Shown here: positions 1 to 12,004 of the stretch, piece by piece | How the letters are laid out: the number at the start of each line of letters is the position of its first letter | Numbering within the stretch: position 1 is the first letter of the stretch | IMG/VR virus record: IMGVR_UViG_2540341072_000002 | Direction: 5' to 3' (one strand) | DNA: 64,000 nt | DNA from: an uncultured virus (IMG/VR IMGVR_UViG_2540341072_000002) | Taxonomy: Duplodnaviria > Heunggongvirae > Uroviricota > Caudoviricetes | Program-made: the position numbers and the translations under genes | Notes under the pieces: generated by a model | Told to the model about the DNA's origin: nothing | The model's input: only the letters and a program-made list of their open reading frames with translations | The model's database searches: none

Positions 1-1230
<1,230 letters not shown>

Positions 1231-1518
1231 TTATAGGGTTTCTGACTCATAAACAACTTATTCCCCAAAGAGGTGGTGAGATGACTTTGCCAGATTTACT
1301 TTTGCGGAGCGAAATAAAAATATGTTGAATATTTAGTACATTATTTATTTAGTTTTGTTTTTCCCTAGTTACGTCCGTTTTTCCATTTTCTATTAAAAAA
1401 GAACACTTTGTGACATGATCATTCCCCTAAATTTTGTTTTATTGGTTGCTTTCATTAATTCGATTACAAAGTTGAACATATGATGCATGGTAGAGAAACG
1501 AGAGTTGGAGGATAAGCC

Positions 1519-1944
1519 ATGCCTAAACAGCAAACAGCAGAACTAAAACCATTTTTCCATAACAAAACAGTTTTAGTCACTGGCGGAACGGGTTCAATCG
1601 GGAGTCAAATTGTCAAACGCCTTTTGATGCTTACACCTAAACAGGTGATTGTATTCAGCAAAGACGACAGTAAACAGTATGTCATGAGCCAAAAGTATGC
1701 GGAGGATAAGCGGCTATTATTTGTACTTGGAGATGTACGCGATCACAGAAGGGTGAATCAGGTGATGAAAGGCGTCGATATCGTCTTTCACGCGGCTGCG
1801 CTGAAACAGGTTCCGACATGTGAGGACCATCCATTTGAAGCGATCCAGACCAATCTCATCGGCGGACAAAATGTGGTGGAAGCTGCCCTTTCACACCGAG
1901 TGCAGCATGTCATTAATATCAGTACAGATAAAGCTGTATATTAA
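1519..1944 (+). pseudogene. spsM: 5' half of spsM (spore polysaccharide NDP-sugar dehydratase/epimerase), interrupted by the prophage
   Basis: TGGTGSIG Rossmann motif, FHAAALKQVP; the ORF stops right after ISTDKAV at the att core. Confidence 0.95.
1924..1939. other. SPbeta attL core
   Basis: ACAGATAAAGCTGTAT with TACAG/CTGTA inverted arms at the spsM breakpoint. Confidence 0.9.
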
Positions 1945-1978
1945 GATACTTACTACATATCTAACGAAAAAAAGAAGC

Positions 1979-2745
<767 letters not shown>

Positions 2746-2819
2746 TCAATCACTCTCCTAATCTATATTGAAGGTAAATTATGTATGTGCTAAAATCGTT
2801 GCTGAAAGAGGTGTGCATA

Positions 2820-3062
2820 GTGAAAAAACAATGGAAACCAGTTGATTCAAGACTCAATGAGCTCATGCATGAATATAGCGTTTCAATTGAAGATCTTGTT
2901 GAATGTACTGGATTATCAAAACAACGTATTAATGATTATGTAGGTGGTTTTAAATCAAATATGAATATTGGAACAGCAATGACATTTGCTGATGCCATAG
3001 GTTGCTCTATAGAAGAGCTTTATGTATGGAACTTTAAAGAGCGCAGACAATTAACCAAATAA
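2820..3062 (+). CDS. yotL: XRE-family HTH regulator
   Basis: HTH pattern; GTG start after GAGGTG RBS. Confidence 0.8.
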   Translation: MKKQWKPVDSRLNELMHEYSVSIEDLVECTGLSKQRINDYVGGFKSNMNIGTAMTFADAIGCSIEELYVWNFKERRQLTK

Positions 3063-3063
3063 C

Positions 3064-3249
3064 TTATAATATGGTTCCCTTTTTGACCCACCTTATTTCC
3101 TGCATTAATTCCTCATTATTGTCAGCCAAGTTAATTAAGTTACGATGTGCTCTTTGCAAATCTTTTTCTTCAATGGCCTCCTTCACTGTCTTCATTTGTC
3201 TATCCATCTTGTTTAACAGTGTTTGAATTGAATGATAAGCCTCGTTAAT
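3064..3249 (-). CDS. yotK: Hypothetical 61-aa protein, probable ATT start
   Basis: Read manually: (M)NEAYHSIQTLL...WVKKGTIL. Confidence 0.65.
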   Translation of the reverse strand: MNEAYHSIQTLLNKMDRQMKTVKEAIEEKDLQRAHRNLINLADNNEELMQEIRWVKKGTIL

Positions 3250-3332
3250 TTTTCTCGCCTCTTTCCCATATGTGCAATATTTAGTTCATTACTTTTTGCA
3301 TATTAAACTGTTGTTTGCAATACCCTACTCTT

Positions 3333-3545
3333 TTAAAAAGAGAAACTAGAGACTTTTTTATTCTTTTTAAGCTGCATTATTAAGCATTTATATTCGTTGT
3401 AATCCTCTTCACTATCAAATGCGAACATTGGATATTGTGAATACTCTTTTTGAAAATACTCAATTCGCCCCCCTACCTGGTGTAGTATTGAATACTTTGA
3501 CATATCCTCTTCATATGGAATTGTAATAACATTTCGATTACACAT
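3333..3545 (-). CDS. yotJ: Hypothetical phage protein
   Basis: ORF with GGAGG RBS. Confidence 0.75.
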   Translation of the reverse strand: MCNRNVITIPYEEDMSKYSILHQVGGRIEYFQKEYSQYPMFAFDSEEDYNEYKCLIMQLKKNKKVSSFSF

Positions 3546-3610
3546 AATACCTCCACTAATTTTATTTTTATTCTAAATAAAAGACCGATTTTATCCTGTT
3601 CCTATTTACA

Positions 3611-3973
3611 TTAATCTAGATAAACAACTTCTTTTACAATTGGAAATGGACTACTGATTCTCTCACTTAAATGCAAAACTATTTCAGTTACGTCTTTTGA
3701 TGTTGCCACGTGGACTGCCTTTGTAATTTTAAAATTGAATTCATTTTCAATTAAGAGACGTTTACCTTCGGAAAATATATCTATTGAACTAACCGCAAAA
3801 TCACACTTTCCATTTATTCGATACGGATTAAAGCATTTCACAAAATAACATTTATTTAATTCCTTACTGTCTGATAAAACAATGTCAAATTCCACATCCC
3901 AAACAAACGTGTTAATCTTAGAATGATAAACTAAATCATGGGTAGCTCCTGTATCTTTAAAAATTTCAATCAT
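3611..3973 (-). CDS. yotI: Hypothetical phage protein
   Basis: ORF coupled to the upstream gene. Confidence 0.7.
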
Positions 3974-4158
3974 TGAAATAATCCTCCCCAAATCACTCCT
4001 GCTGCAATAGCAGCTATAAAGACAGAAACAAATTTCATTAAAATGAAAAACTTAATATGCTTTGTTTCGTTCTCAGTTAAGTCAAAATCTGATAAAGCGA
4101 ATAAACCAAACACAATTAACAATATCCAGGCTGTAACAATCAGGTATCTTTCCTCCAA
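3970..4158 (-). CDS. yotH: Small membrane protein (2 TM)
   Basis: Two hydrophobic segments. Confidence 0.65.
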
Positions 4159-4566
4159 TCATGTTTTATTGTGGCAGATATTAATATATTCCTTCAGGCT
4201 ATTAACTGTTGAAATAATACACCCTCGAACCTCTTCAGGATCTTCAAAATCCATTTCATTTTGCAGAACAAATTCATCAAACTCAATCATGGCAAGAAAG
4301 CGATCGTCATTGGGTAGCTTATTAAAATCAATATTCTTTAATCTTGGAATACCTTTTTCCTTTATCCATTCAAGGAAGGGATAATCAACATCATTCTTTG
4401 CTACTGCGATTTTTAAAAACTCATGAATATCAGAAGAGTTTTCAATATTGAAATAAATCATGAGACTTTCCTTCATAAGATCAAATAATCACAATAAAGT
4501 TTTATCAATGTTATTGTCTGATTTAATTTCAAAGTCTATATTAAACCAGGACATTACGTTCTCCAT
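4159..4566 (-). pseudogene. yotG: yotF+yotG: one reading frame split by an in-frame TGA at 4489-4491
   Basis: AGGAGG RBS and ATG at 4566; 25 codons, TGA, then LFDL in frame with the 105-aa ORF 4159-4476. Confidence 0.6.
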
Positions 4567-4597
4567 TCAATCCCTCCTTGTACATCTAAACTATTAC

Positions 4598-4744
4598 TCA
4601 CTTGACTAACCCCCTTAAGCGTTCGACTTCTGCAACTAACCATTCTGCATAACTGATATGAATTTTTATCACCTTGGTTGATCTAAGTCGCCGAGACATT
4701 ACTTCAACAAATTTTTTAACTTCTTCAAATTCAATCTCTTTCAT
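4598..4744 (-). CDS. yotE: Hypothetical small protein
   Basis: ORF track; weak RBS. Confidence 0.5.
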   Translation of the reverse strand: MKEIEFEEVKKFVEVMSRRLRSTKVIKIHISYAEWLVAEVERLRGLVK

Positions 4745-4779
4745 TGAGTTTATCCCACTAAATGAAATCAACGTCTTAA

Positions 4780-4911
4780 TCAATCAAGTATCTTATTTTT
4801 TGGCTTTATATCGATTTCATCACAAGAAGGACATGAAAAATCTGAATTGTCACCTATCCAACTAAAATTGCATTCATTACAAGTCCAATCAATTTGTTCT
4901 CTACTGTCCAT
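4780..4911 (-). CDS. yotD: 43-aa zinc-ribbon microprotein
   Basis: Read manually: WTCNEC...SCPSC; GAGGTG RBS. Confidence 0.75.
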   Translation of the reverse strand: MDSREQIDWTCNECNFSWIGDNSDFSCPSCDEIDIKPKNKILD

Positions 4912-4950
4912 TATAGCTACACCTCTTTCTTAATAAATTCAACATTTTAT

Positions 4951-5142
4951 CTACTTCCAATTGTAGTTCTCCTTTTCTTTCTCTGAATCACCTATATGCG
5001 AAAGAATCCAATTATGATAACCCTCTTCTCCACAATTAGGGCAATCCATTTCAGATATAACCTTTAATGTGTTTATCATAGGATTTTTAGCAAACAAGTG
5101 ATGATTGCATTTTCTACAAAAAAACACAACTTCATTTTCCAT
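4951..5142 (-). CDS. yotC: Zinc-ribbon protein
   Basis: CRKC...CPNC motifs. Confidence 0.75.
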   Translation of the reverse strand: MENEVVFFCRKCNHHLFAKNPMINTLKVISEMDCPNCGEEGYHNWILSHIGDSEKEKENYNWK

Positions 5143-5185
5143 GTCTCCCCTTCCCTTCTGTATAAAATTAGAATTTTAATTAAAT

Positions 5186-6013
5186 CTAAATCTCGAATGT
5201 TTTAAGCTCAAACGTTTTATATGAATCTACTTCTTCACCAGGTATCACATTGACACTCGGATAATTATCATAGTCATACGGGTATCCGATACAATTCATG
5301 TGAAAGCTCGTTCCATCTTTGTCAAACTCAGCTTGTAAATGATCATGTCCACAAACCCAGTGTTTTGCGTTAATGAACGGGACATCAACCATGTAGCATG
5401 TATTAGGCTCAAATGGAGAATAAGGATTGTGAACAGGTGGAACATGTGAGACAAATACATCAACTTGTGTATTTTCAAGCGTTTCATACCAATCCATTGA
5501 TTCTTTCCACATCGCTCTTACACCATCTACTTTGTTATAACCATTAAGCCAAATGTAATTAGAATCGTTAGATACTCCTTTAAAGAAGTCCCATCCTTCG
5601 ATTCCTTTTGGAAGGTACCACATTACATCTCCTGCAAAGACTTTTCCTTTGTATGTTTCAGTTGTCTTAATTAATGGTGTTACATTTTTCATGTCAGCAG
5701 CTTTTTGAATTAGATCATTCAACCTGCCTAACGAGTCTGAGTATTTCCTTTTTTGGCTCTTGCTAAGTAAATAAAGATCATGATTACCATATGTAAAGTA
5801 AACCTTCTCGTATTGCTTTGCTGCCTCATCTAAAACCCATAAAGTTTGTTGATTCCATTCAGTAAAATCGCCGGCAATGACCAATACCTCCCCATTACCG
5901 TTTGAGATTAACCTATTTACAATTTCTCTTGTTCGCTTCTCCCACTTAATCTGATTTACATTCCAAGGAATCCAATGATTTATATGGAGATCTGAAACAT
6001 AATCAATTTTCAT
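5186..6013 (-). CDS. yotB: Metallophosphoesterase (calcineurin-like)
   Basis: SDLH, AGD, GNHD, GHDH motifs; start [10 protein letters not shown] after AGGTGG. Confidence 0.88.
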
Positions 6014-6056
6014 TTTGTCTCCACCTTTCTTAATGAAAAATTTATTTCTTTGGCGT

Positions 6057-6085
6057 GTATAAATTAAAATAATCTCTCCATAATA
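6057..6085 (+). promoter_or_regulatory. sigmaG-type promoter of sspC
   Basis: GTATA-N17-CATAATA. Confidence 0.65.
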
Positions 6086-6131
6086 TGATTCAAACAAGCT
6101 TGTTTTCATTACACTTTAGGAGATGAATAAG

Positions 6132-6350
6132 ATGGCTCAACAAAGTAGATCAAGATCAAACAACAATAATGATTTACTAATTCCTCAAGCAGCTTCAGCT
6201 ATTGAACAAATGAAACTTGAAATAGCTTCTGAGTTTGGTGTTCAATTAGGCGCTGAGACTACATCTCGTGCAAACGGTTCAGTTGGTGGAGAAATCACTA
6301 AACGTTTAGTTCGCTTAGCTCAACAAAACATGGGCGGTCAATTTCATTAA
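6132..6350 (+). CDS. sspC: Alpha/beta-type small acid-soluble spore protein
   Basis: EIASEFGV...[17 protein letters not shown] signature. Confidence 0.97.
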   Translation: MAQQSRSRSNNNNDLLIPQAASAIEQMKLEIASEFGVQLGAETTSRANGSVGGEITKRLVRLAQQNMGGQFH

Positions 6351-6355
6351 TTTAT

Positions 6356-6382
6356 GAGGGGGATAATTCCCCTCTCTTTTTT
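6356..6382 (+). terminator. Intrinsic terminator after sspC
   Basis: GAGGGG/CCCCTC stem plus T tract. Confidence 0.8.
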
Positions 6383-6649
6383 AAGTCTTCTCTAAATCCA
6401 TACAGAACTAATGGTATTGTTTCCACCTCTTTTTATGTCACTAACTACTATTATTAAGCTCCTCGACTTGCACTGTGTAATGTCTGTACCATTTTATTGC
6501 CTCCTTTGATTAGCCACTCTATAAATTGCGTTCTCTTCATTTAGAATATATCCAGCGCTCCGTCACAATAAGAACATTTGCCACTACCCTCTTCACATGT
6601 ACACATATATTTGTCACCTCCAATTTCGCTACCGTCAACTGACAACTCC

Positions 6650-7003
6650 TCAGATATCATTTAATTGTTGTTTCAGCTCAAAGAATTCATCATGAAGAAA
6701 TTTAAATTTATCCTTATTTACGTATGCTTTGTCATCATTAAGATCAAAGAGATCTAAGTACTTTCTTTTATTTCTTTTAATAATTCGTAAAGCAATAGTG
6801 GCACTTACCCACTCTTCACCTTCCAATTGGGTTAAGACTTCACTTAGCTCGAATAACAATTCAAGCTTAGCTTTGTTTTGCTGTGTTTCGAGTTTTAACA
6901 GATCCCTTTGTTTTTCAAGTAAAGTTGTTTCAATTTGGTATTTCTTTTTCTCTAAGGCTGTTATCTGTTCGTTGGTGTTATGTATTTTGTCTCCTACTTC
7001 CAA
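6650..7003 (-). CDS. yosX: Hypothetical coiled-coil protein
   Basis: ORF with AAGGAGGTG RBS. Confidence 0.75.
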
Positions 7004-7110
7004 TGAATCACCTCCTTAAAGTTTGAATAAAATATTAGTTTTAAAAAATGTATATTTTTTGTTTTTGTATATTAGATAAAAAAACTGTCATTTCATCATC
7101 TTCTATTATT

Positions 7111-7140
7111 ATATTATACATATTATTTGTATTTGTCTAT
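7111..7140 (-). promoter_or_regulatory. SPbeta repeated element (promoter/operator) upstream of yosX
   Basis: TATACATATTATTTGTATTTGTCTA; minus strand reads TAGACA...TATAAT. Confidence 0.7.
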
Positions 7141-7233
7141 AGTTATTTTATTTTCATTCTTAAATCCATTTACTTAGCCCTGACAAATGCTAAAAGGGCT
7201 TGAGCCGTATAATGAGTGCAGCTAAACACAATT

Positions 7234-7647
7234 TCACATTATATGAAAAATAATACTCAAAGCAAAGATAAGGTTCCCAAAGACATAAGCCAAATAAATA
7301 TACCTACTATGGCTCACTGTTTCGCCCTCCAACACGTCTAAAACCTTAAACATGCTTAGGACTGTGTATATAACTGAAAATGCTGTCCAACAGAGTATAA
7401 GGATATTTTCATGCATAATTAAACCGTTATATGCCAAGGGGATGATTAAAGAACTCCCCTTAAGCAAAGTAAACAGGTAAATTAAATTCTTATTTCGTTT
7501 CGCATCTTCTGGAGTTGAATTATCAAGCACACTCTTTACTTTTATATACGTATTGCTTTCCCCTCGCATAATCAACCTGACCTCATTAATGTTTAATACA
7601 ATTAGATAAGCTGATAGAAATAAAGTTACATATGTTATAGTAAACAT
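7234..7647 (-). CDS. yosW: Membrane protein
   Basis: Multiple hydrophobic segments. Confidence 0.7.
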
Positions 7648-7721
7648 CTCCTAATTTTATATTTGTGTTGGGTTGGCTTTTACTCACCCTCAAACTCTAT
7701 ACCGTTAATATTTGCTTTTAT

Positions 7722-8012
7722 TCAAATAGCTCCCCCTTTAAAATCATTCACTTGATCAGCAATGTTTTCTTTAATTGTATGTGGCAACTGATCAATCCCT
7801 TTTATAATCCGTTTCTGACCAGTTTTCCTAATTTTTGTAGTCATCTCTTTAAAACACTCTAAAGCAGTATCTGAGATTTCATCATATAGCCCCTGAATTT
7901 TCACTAATACACTTAAATATTCTTCGTCACCTTCTTCAAATAGCGACAACCCTTCTTCAAGTTTGTTGATCTTTTCAACACTCTTTATTATTTTATTTTT
8001 ATCCTTAAACAA
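7722..8012 (-). CDS. yosV: Hypothetical phage protein
   Basis: ORF track. Confidence 0.7.
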   Translation of the reverse strand: MFKDKNKIIKSVEKINKLEEGLSLFEEGDEEYLSVLVKIQGLYDEISDTALECFKEMTTKIRKTGQKRIIKGIDQLPHTIKENIADQVNDFKGGAI

Positions 8013-8222
8013 TTAATCCCCCACCCAGTTTTGGTCATGCATCTTCATGAAGTTAGCTGCTGCCTTCTTGTATCTCAGGTCTTTCTCGTACTCAGCAACT
8101 TGTCTCATATGTTCAATAAATTCATCTTCAAGTCCTTGTAACTGAAGAAACCCAAAGCAAAGACCGTTCCTATAAAGCATGTCGTCATATTTCGCTTGTA
8201 AATCTCTTTCTTTGCTGTTAAT
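8013..8222 (-). CDS. yojW: Hypothetical 69-aa protein, probable ATT start
   Basis: AAGGAGG 8 nt upstream of ATT; (M)NSKERDLQAKYDDMLYRNG...NWVGD. Confidence 0.6.
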   Translation of the reverse strand: MNSKERDLQAKYDDMLYRNGLCFGFLQLQGLEDEFIEHMRQVAEYEKDLRYKKAAANFMKMHDQNWVGD

Positions 8223-8331
8223 AATCTCTTCCTCCTTAAATATTAGATAAAAGTATTCTTTTATTCGGAAATATTTCCAACAAAAATCTTTTATGGTAAA
8301 TTAAAAACAATGTATTTAAAGGAGTGTTAAT

Positions 8332-8577
8332 TTGCGAAAAATATTAAAAATCGTTAGCTTACTGATTCTATTGTTATTATTGGTTTATTCTTTCTTCAGT
8401 CCTAATTCACAATTATTTGTGTTCGTTCAGCTAATCATAATTGCATTTTTGATTGGTTTTGGAATTAACTGTTTTGTTAAAAAAGAACGATACCAAGGTA
8501 CTCTATACTTCGTAATTGCAATATGCAACATTACCATTAATCTTGATAAAATAAACGAGTTAATTCAGAGCATTTAA
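8332..8577 (+). CDS. yosU: Small membrane protein (3 TM)
   Basis: Hydrophobic ORF with AAGGAG RBS. Confidence 0.7.
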   Translation: MRKILKIVSLLILLLLLVYSFFSPNSQLFVFVQLIIIAFLIGFGINCFVKKERYQGTLYFVIAICNITINLDKINELIQSI

Positions 8578-8590
8578 CTTATACATATAT

Positions 8591-8618
8591 AGGAGGTGGG
8601 AAATTACCCACCTTCTTT
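8591..8618. terminator. Hairpin between convergent yosU and yosT
   Basis: AGGTGGG/CCCACCT stem. Confidence 0.6.
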
Positions 8619-9066
8619 ATTGGATAGGAACTAATACTTCACATAAGTGATTATCAATCATTTGTGAAGTATATCTCTCTATAATTGGTTCTCCTCTCAT
8701 AGTTAGACTATTTTTTTCTATTTCAGAGAAAATATTGCCCCAAAATTCACTTACTGCCTCTTTTGTATGGTCAAGCAAGAAAACAGCGTATTTCCCTCCA
8801 GGTAACTTACCAACTTGAGCTGGTTGCAGCACATTAAAATCTTCATTTAATACAACACCAACATCATAACGGCATTCCTCTTTAGGAGTAATACTTGGAT
8901 CATCTTGTGGAATTCCTAAAATTACAGAGTTATGAAATACACCATTCAACTGTGCCCACTTTTTAAAAGATTCCATTAGTTCTTTGTTTTGCTTACCACC
9001 ATACTCTCCAACGTTTCGGAAATAAGCAATCCTTAATTCAGGTAATTCTTCAATAGTTATTTTCAT
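8617..9066 (-). CDS. yosT: GyrI-like small-molecule-binding protein
   Basis: R..GEYG, DDPSITP..CRYD, LPGGKYAVF motifs. Confidence 0.85.
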   Translation of the reverse strand: MKITIEELPELRIAYFRNVGEYGGKQNKELMESFKKWAQLNGVFHNSVILGIPQDDPSITPKEECRYDVGVVLNEDFNVLQPAQVGKLPGGKYAVFLLDHTKEAVSEFWGNIFSEIEKNSLTMRGEPIIERYTSQMIDNHLCEVLVPIQ

Positions 9067-9160
9067 ATTTTAATCCCCTTTCCTAGAAAAAGGTAATATG
9101 ATTAAAAATGTTTTTCAAGATGACTTTTAAAATAATCTATATTTCAAATACAAAATCCAA

Positions 9161-9589
9161 TTACTTCGTTCCAGTTGATCCGTGCCCACCTCGGTCACCG
9201 TTGCCTAGACGGTCTACCTCGATCAAGTCAACTGCCGGCATCTTCTTCATAATTCTGAACTGGCAGATTCGATCCCCTTTCTTAATCTTTGTGTCACGTA
9301 ACGCATAAGCAGGAAAGAACCAAAAATCGTTGTCACCCTTATAAGACTCATCGATAACACCCATTGAGTTTGTTTGAATCACACCAAAGTTCTTATACGT
9401 ACTCGAACGAGGAACGACATGTGCTTCGTAACCTTCAGGCAATTCCATGGCCACTCCCAATGGAACAAGTTTAAATTCATCTTTTTTGATCGCTACATCT
9501 TCAGCTGCACGAAGATCAATCCAATCACCTTGCTCCATTTTGTTAATTCTTGTTTGTGTTTCATCTAAGTATTTGATTTTAATTTGCAT
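9161..9589 (-). CDS. yosS: Trimeric dUTPase
   Basis: [21 protein letters not shown] motifs. Confidence 0.95.
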   Translation of the reverse strand: MQIKIKYLDETQTRINKMEQGDWIDLRAAEDVAIKKDEFKLVPLGVAMELPEGYEAHVVPRSSTYKNFGVIQTNSMGVIDESYKGDNDFWFFPAYALRDTKIKKGDRICQFRIMKKMPAVDLIEVDRLGNGDRGGHGSTGTK

Positions 9590-9634
9590 TATGTATTAGC
9601 TCCTTTTAATTCAAGTTTGTTTAAAATTACCCTT

Positions 9635-9877
9635 TTATCGTAATTCCTTTAGTAACTCATCAAGTTCATTAGGCTTAAAACCAACACTTCGGTTTACTTC
9701 TTCTCCCTGATCACTCAGCAGAATGGTTACCGGTACTCCCATGACACCAAATCTTGCTGCTACTTCTGGTTCCTGTGTAACGTCAACAGTCTCAAATTGA
9801 ATATTTACTTGTTCTAAGTAATTGGACACCATTTTACATGGATTGCAATTAGGCTGCTCTAATTTAATTAATCTCAT
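9635..9877 (-). CDS. yosR: Thioredoxin/NrdH-like redoxin
   Basis: CNPC active site, GVP motif, downstream of nrdF. Confidence 0.88.
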
Positions 9878-11671
9878 TGAATACATCCTTTCTCGGTAAA
9901 AATGAAATCTGAATCCTTTAAAGGCTCCACTGTTGCTTTTTTGTATCCATTCCCTTTAGTTGAAAAGAAGTCATGGGATTTAGTCTTAGTGTTCAAACCA
10001 TTGATAACAATTGGATTAACATCCTCTTCTTCAAACCAATGATCAAAGCCCAGATTGTTTAAAGCTTTATTTGCGTTGTATCTGATGAATTTCTTTACAT
10101 CTGGAGCTAATCCAACCTGATCATAGACATCTTCTGTATACTCCAATTCATTTTCGTAAAGTTCCTGCAGTAAGTTTAAAGCCCATGCGTACAGTTCTTT
10201 TTGCTTCTGTGGCGTTTGCTTCTTATAAATCTCTTGAGCTAACAATCCTACATATACGCCATGTATCGCTTCGTCTCTAATACCCTTAGTTCAACCGAGT
10301 TCGCTACTTTCGGTTCGTTGCTCTGTCGCAACCGCCTTACGTTACCGTAAGGAGCAGACTATATCATCATCCCTGTAGGATGCCTCCCGTTTCGATTTAA
10401 GGGGTTCTCACCCACGCCAATAGCTTGCGCCCTACTCGTTTTGCGGAATTTCGCCGCCTATGCGATAGTCGTTGAACGTTCTATGCGATCCCATAAAGTC
10501 TTCCATCTTCTTTTATGTCGAATTAGACTAACGTAACGAGGATGAAGGCTGTATTTTTCACCAGCTTCAACATTGTTCATTCCAGCAATCAAATCATAGA
10601 TTAAATTTGTTGCCTCCATATTAGTGAGCTTTGACATTGAATTACTTTCTCCAGGTTGTCCTGACATTAATCCAATTTTCATTGCATGTAGAGTATTTTC
10701 TTTAGGTGTAACTATTTCTAAGTTCCGAACGTGGTTGTTTAGTTTATTTCCATCTATGTGGTTTACAAACATTCCTTTTGGTATATCATAAATAAAATAT
10801 TTTGCGACTAACCTATGTACTAAATAGTTCTGTGTTCCTTTTTTCGGATGCGTGTATCCTATCATTTCATAGCCATGTGGAGTAATAAATGTCTTTCTTG
10901 GTTTCTTTAATTTTTTTGATATGATAACTCCCGTTTCCGTTATCCACCAAGGTGCTTCTTCGACTTCTTTCCTTATCATTTTCACCTCCTTTGGGTTCGC
11001 ATAGCTTCGCTGCTGATTGTCCTAATAAGGATTTTCCAGCAATTAGAGAGGTTCACATTTGCCGTTGCCGACAAAAGGGACTATTAAATAATCAGGTTAA
11101 TGATCTCTCCACTTTGCATTAACTTTCCTTGTCCATAAAAATAAAGTGGGTAATAAAACCCTGAGTAGAAAAGAAAACTCTCCAGGAACACAGATGCAAC
11201 CATTCCTTTAAATAAAGAAATTTCATCGTTTTTCTTGATTGTTTTATAGACTGAAACAATTGTTCTAGCTTTCTTTTGAAGAAACCTATTGTTTTTCACC
11301 CATTCAAAGACTTCATTGATCTGCTCGGTTGGAGCCAATGTTAGAAAGATGTTGCTGTAAGACTTTGCATGAACAGCATTTTCCATCATGGCCATGAAAT
11401 TTAAAACTGCCTTTCTTTGATGTCCATCTACGTGTTCAGCCACGATCGGCATCCCCGTATTCCCCTGCTCTGTATCAAGAAGCGTAAGTCCGGCCAGTAC
11501 CTTCATATAAGTGTCCTGCTCATTTTTTCCGAGGTACTTCCATGTGAGGAGATCGCCGTTTAAAGCAATCTCTTCCGGAAGCCAGAACTGTTTCACGTTT
11601 TGGTTATAGAACATTTGGGTAAAATCGTCTTCATGCTTTGACCAGTTTGCTGCGTCATAAATTTTTGTCAA
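9874..11671 (-). CDS. bnrdF: Class Ib ribonucleotide reductase beta subunit; exons 11671-11091 and 10282-9874 (329 aa)
   Basis: [16 protein letters not shown]; splicing restores [11 protein letters not shown]. Confidence 0.93.
10283..11090 (-). ncRNA. Group I intron (808 nt) in bnrdF
   Basis: Exon 1 ends in U, intron ends in G, frame restored; ATATAGTCT core shared with the bnrdE intron. Confidence 0.9.
10458..10979 (-). CDS. yosQ: Intron-encoded HNH homing endonuclease
   Basis: VHRLVA...[14 protein letters not shown]. Confidence 0.92.
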
Positions 11672-11785
11672 TTAATCATGTCCTTTCAATTGAAATATTT
11701 TTTTCCGAAAAAAATGCAGTGAATTTAAAAGCTGAATTGACAGACTCCTATATTACTGTCAAACATTCGAAAGGAATGAAAGACA

Positions 11786-12004
11786 GTGAATTTTTTAGAT
11801 AACCTTATATCTTTGTTAGAGAGTACAGTCATTTCAACTGGATGGTTGTGTGATAGGCTTTTATCATGTTTAATCGAATATATTTTGAAGCTTATATTTG
11901 GTTTACTTTGTAATGCTCTTATGAGAAAATTTAACAAAATTAAGTGCAAACGACGTCCGGGAGATCCTGTTAATTTTGAACCAAAACGTAAACGTACCTA
12001 TTAA
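11786..12004 (+). CDS. Small hydrophobic/basic protein, antisense between bnrdE and bnrdF
   Basis: 72-aa ORF, AAAGGA RBS, TTGACA upstream. Confidence 0.5.
   Translation: MNFLDNLISLLESTVISTGWLCDRLLSCLIEYILKLIFGLLCNALMRKFNKIKCKRRPGDPVNFEPKRKRTY

Noticed and set aside
1477..1485. CATATGATG as the spsM sporulation promoter -10
   Set aside because: Could not place a correctly spaced -35 from sequence alone.
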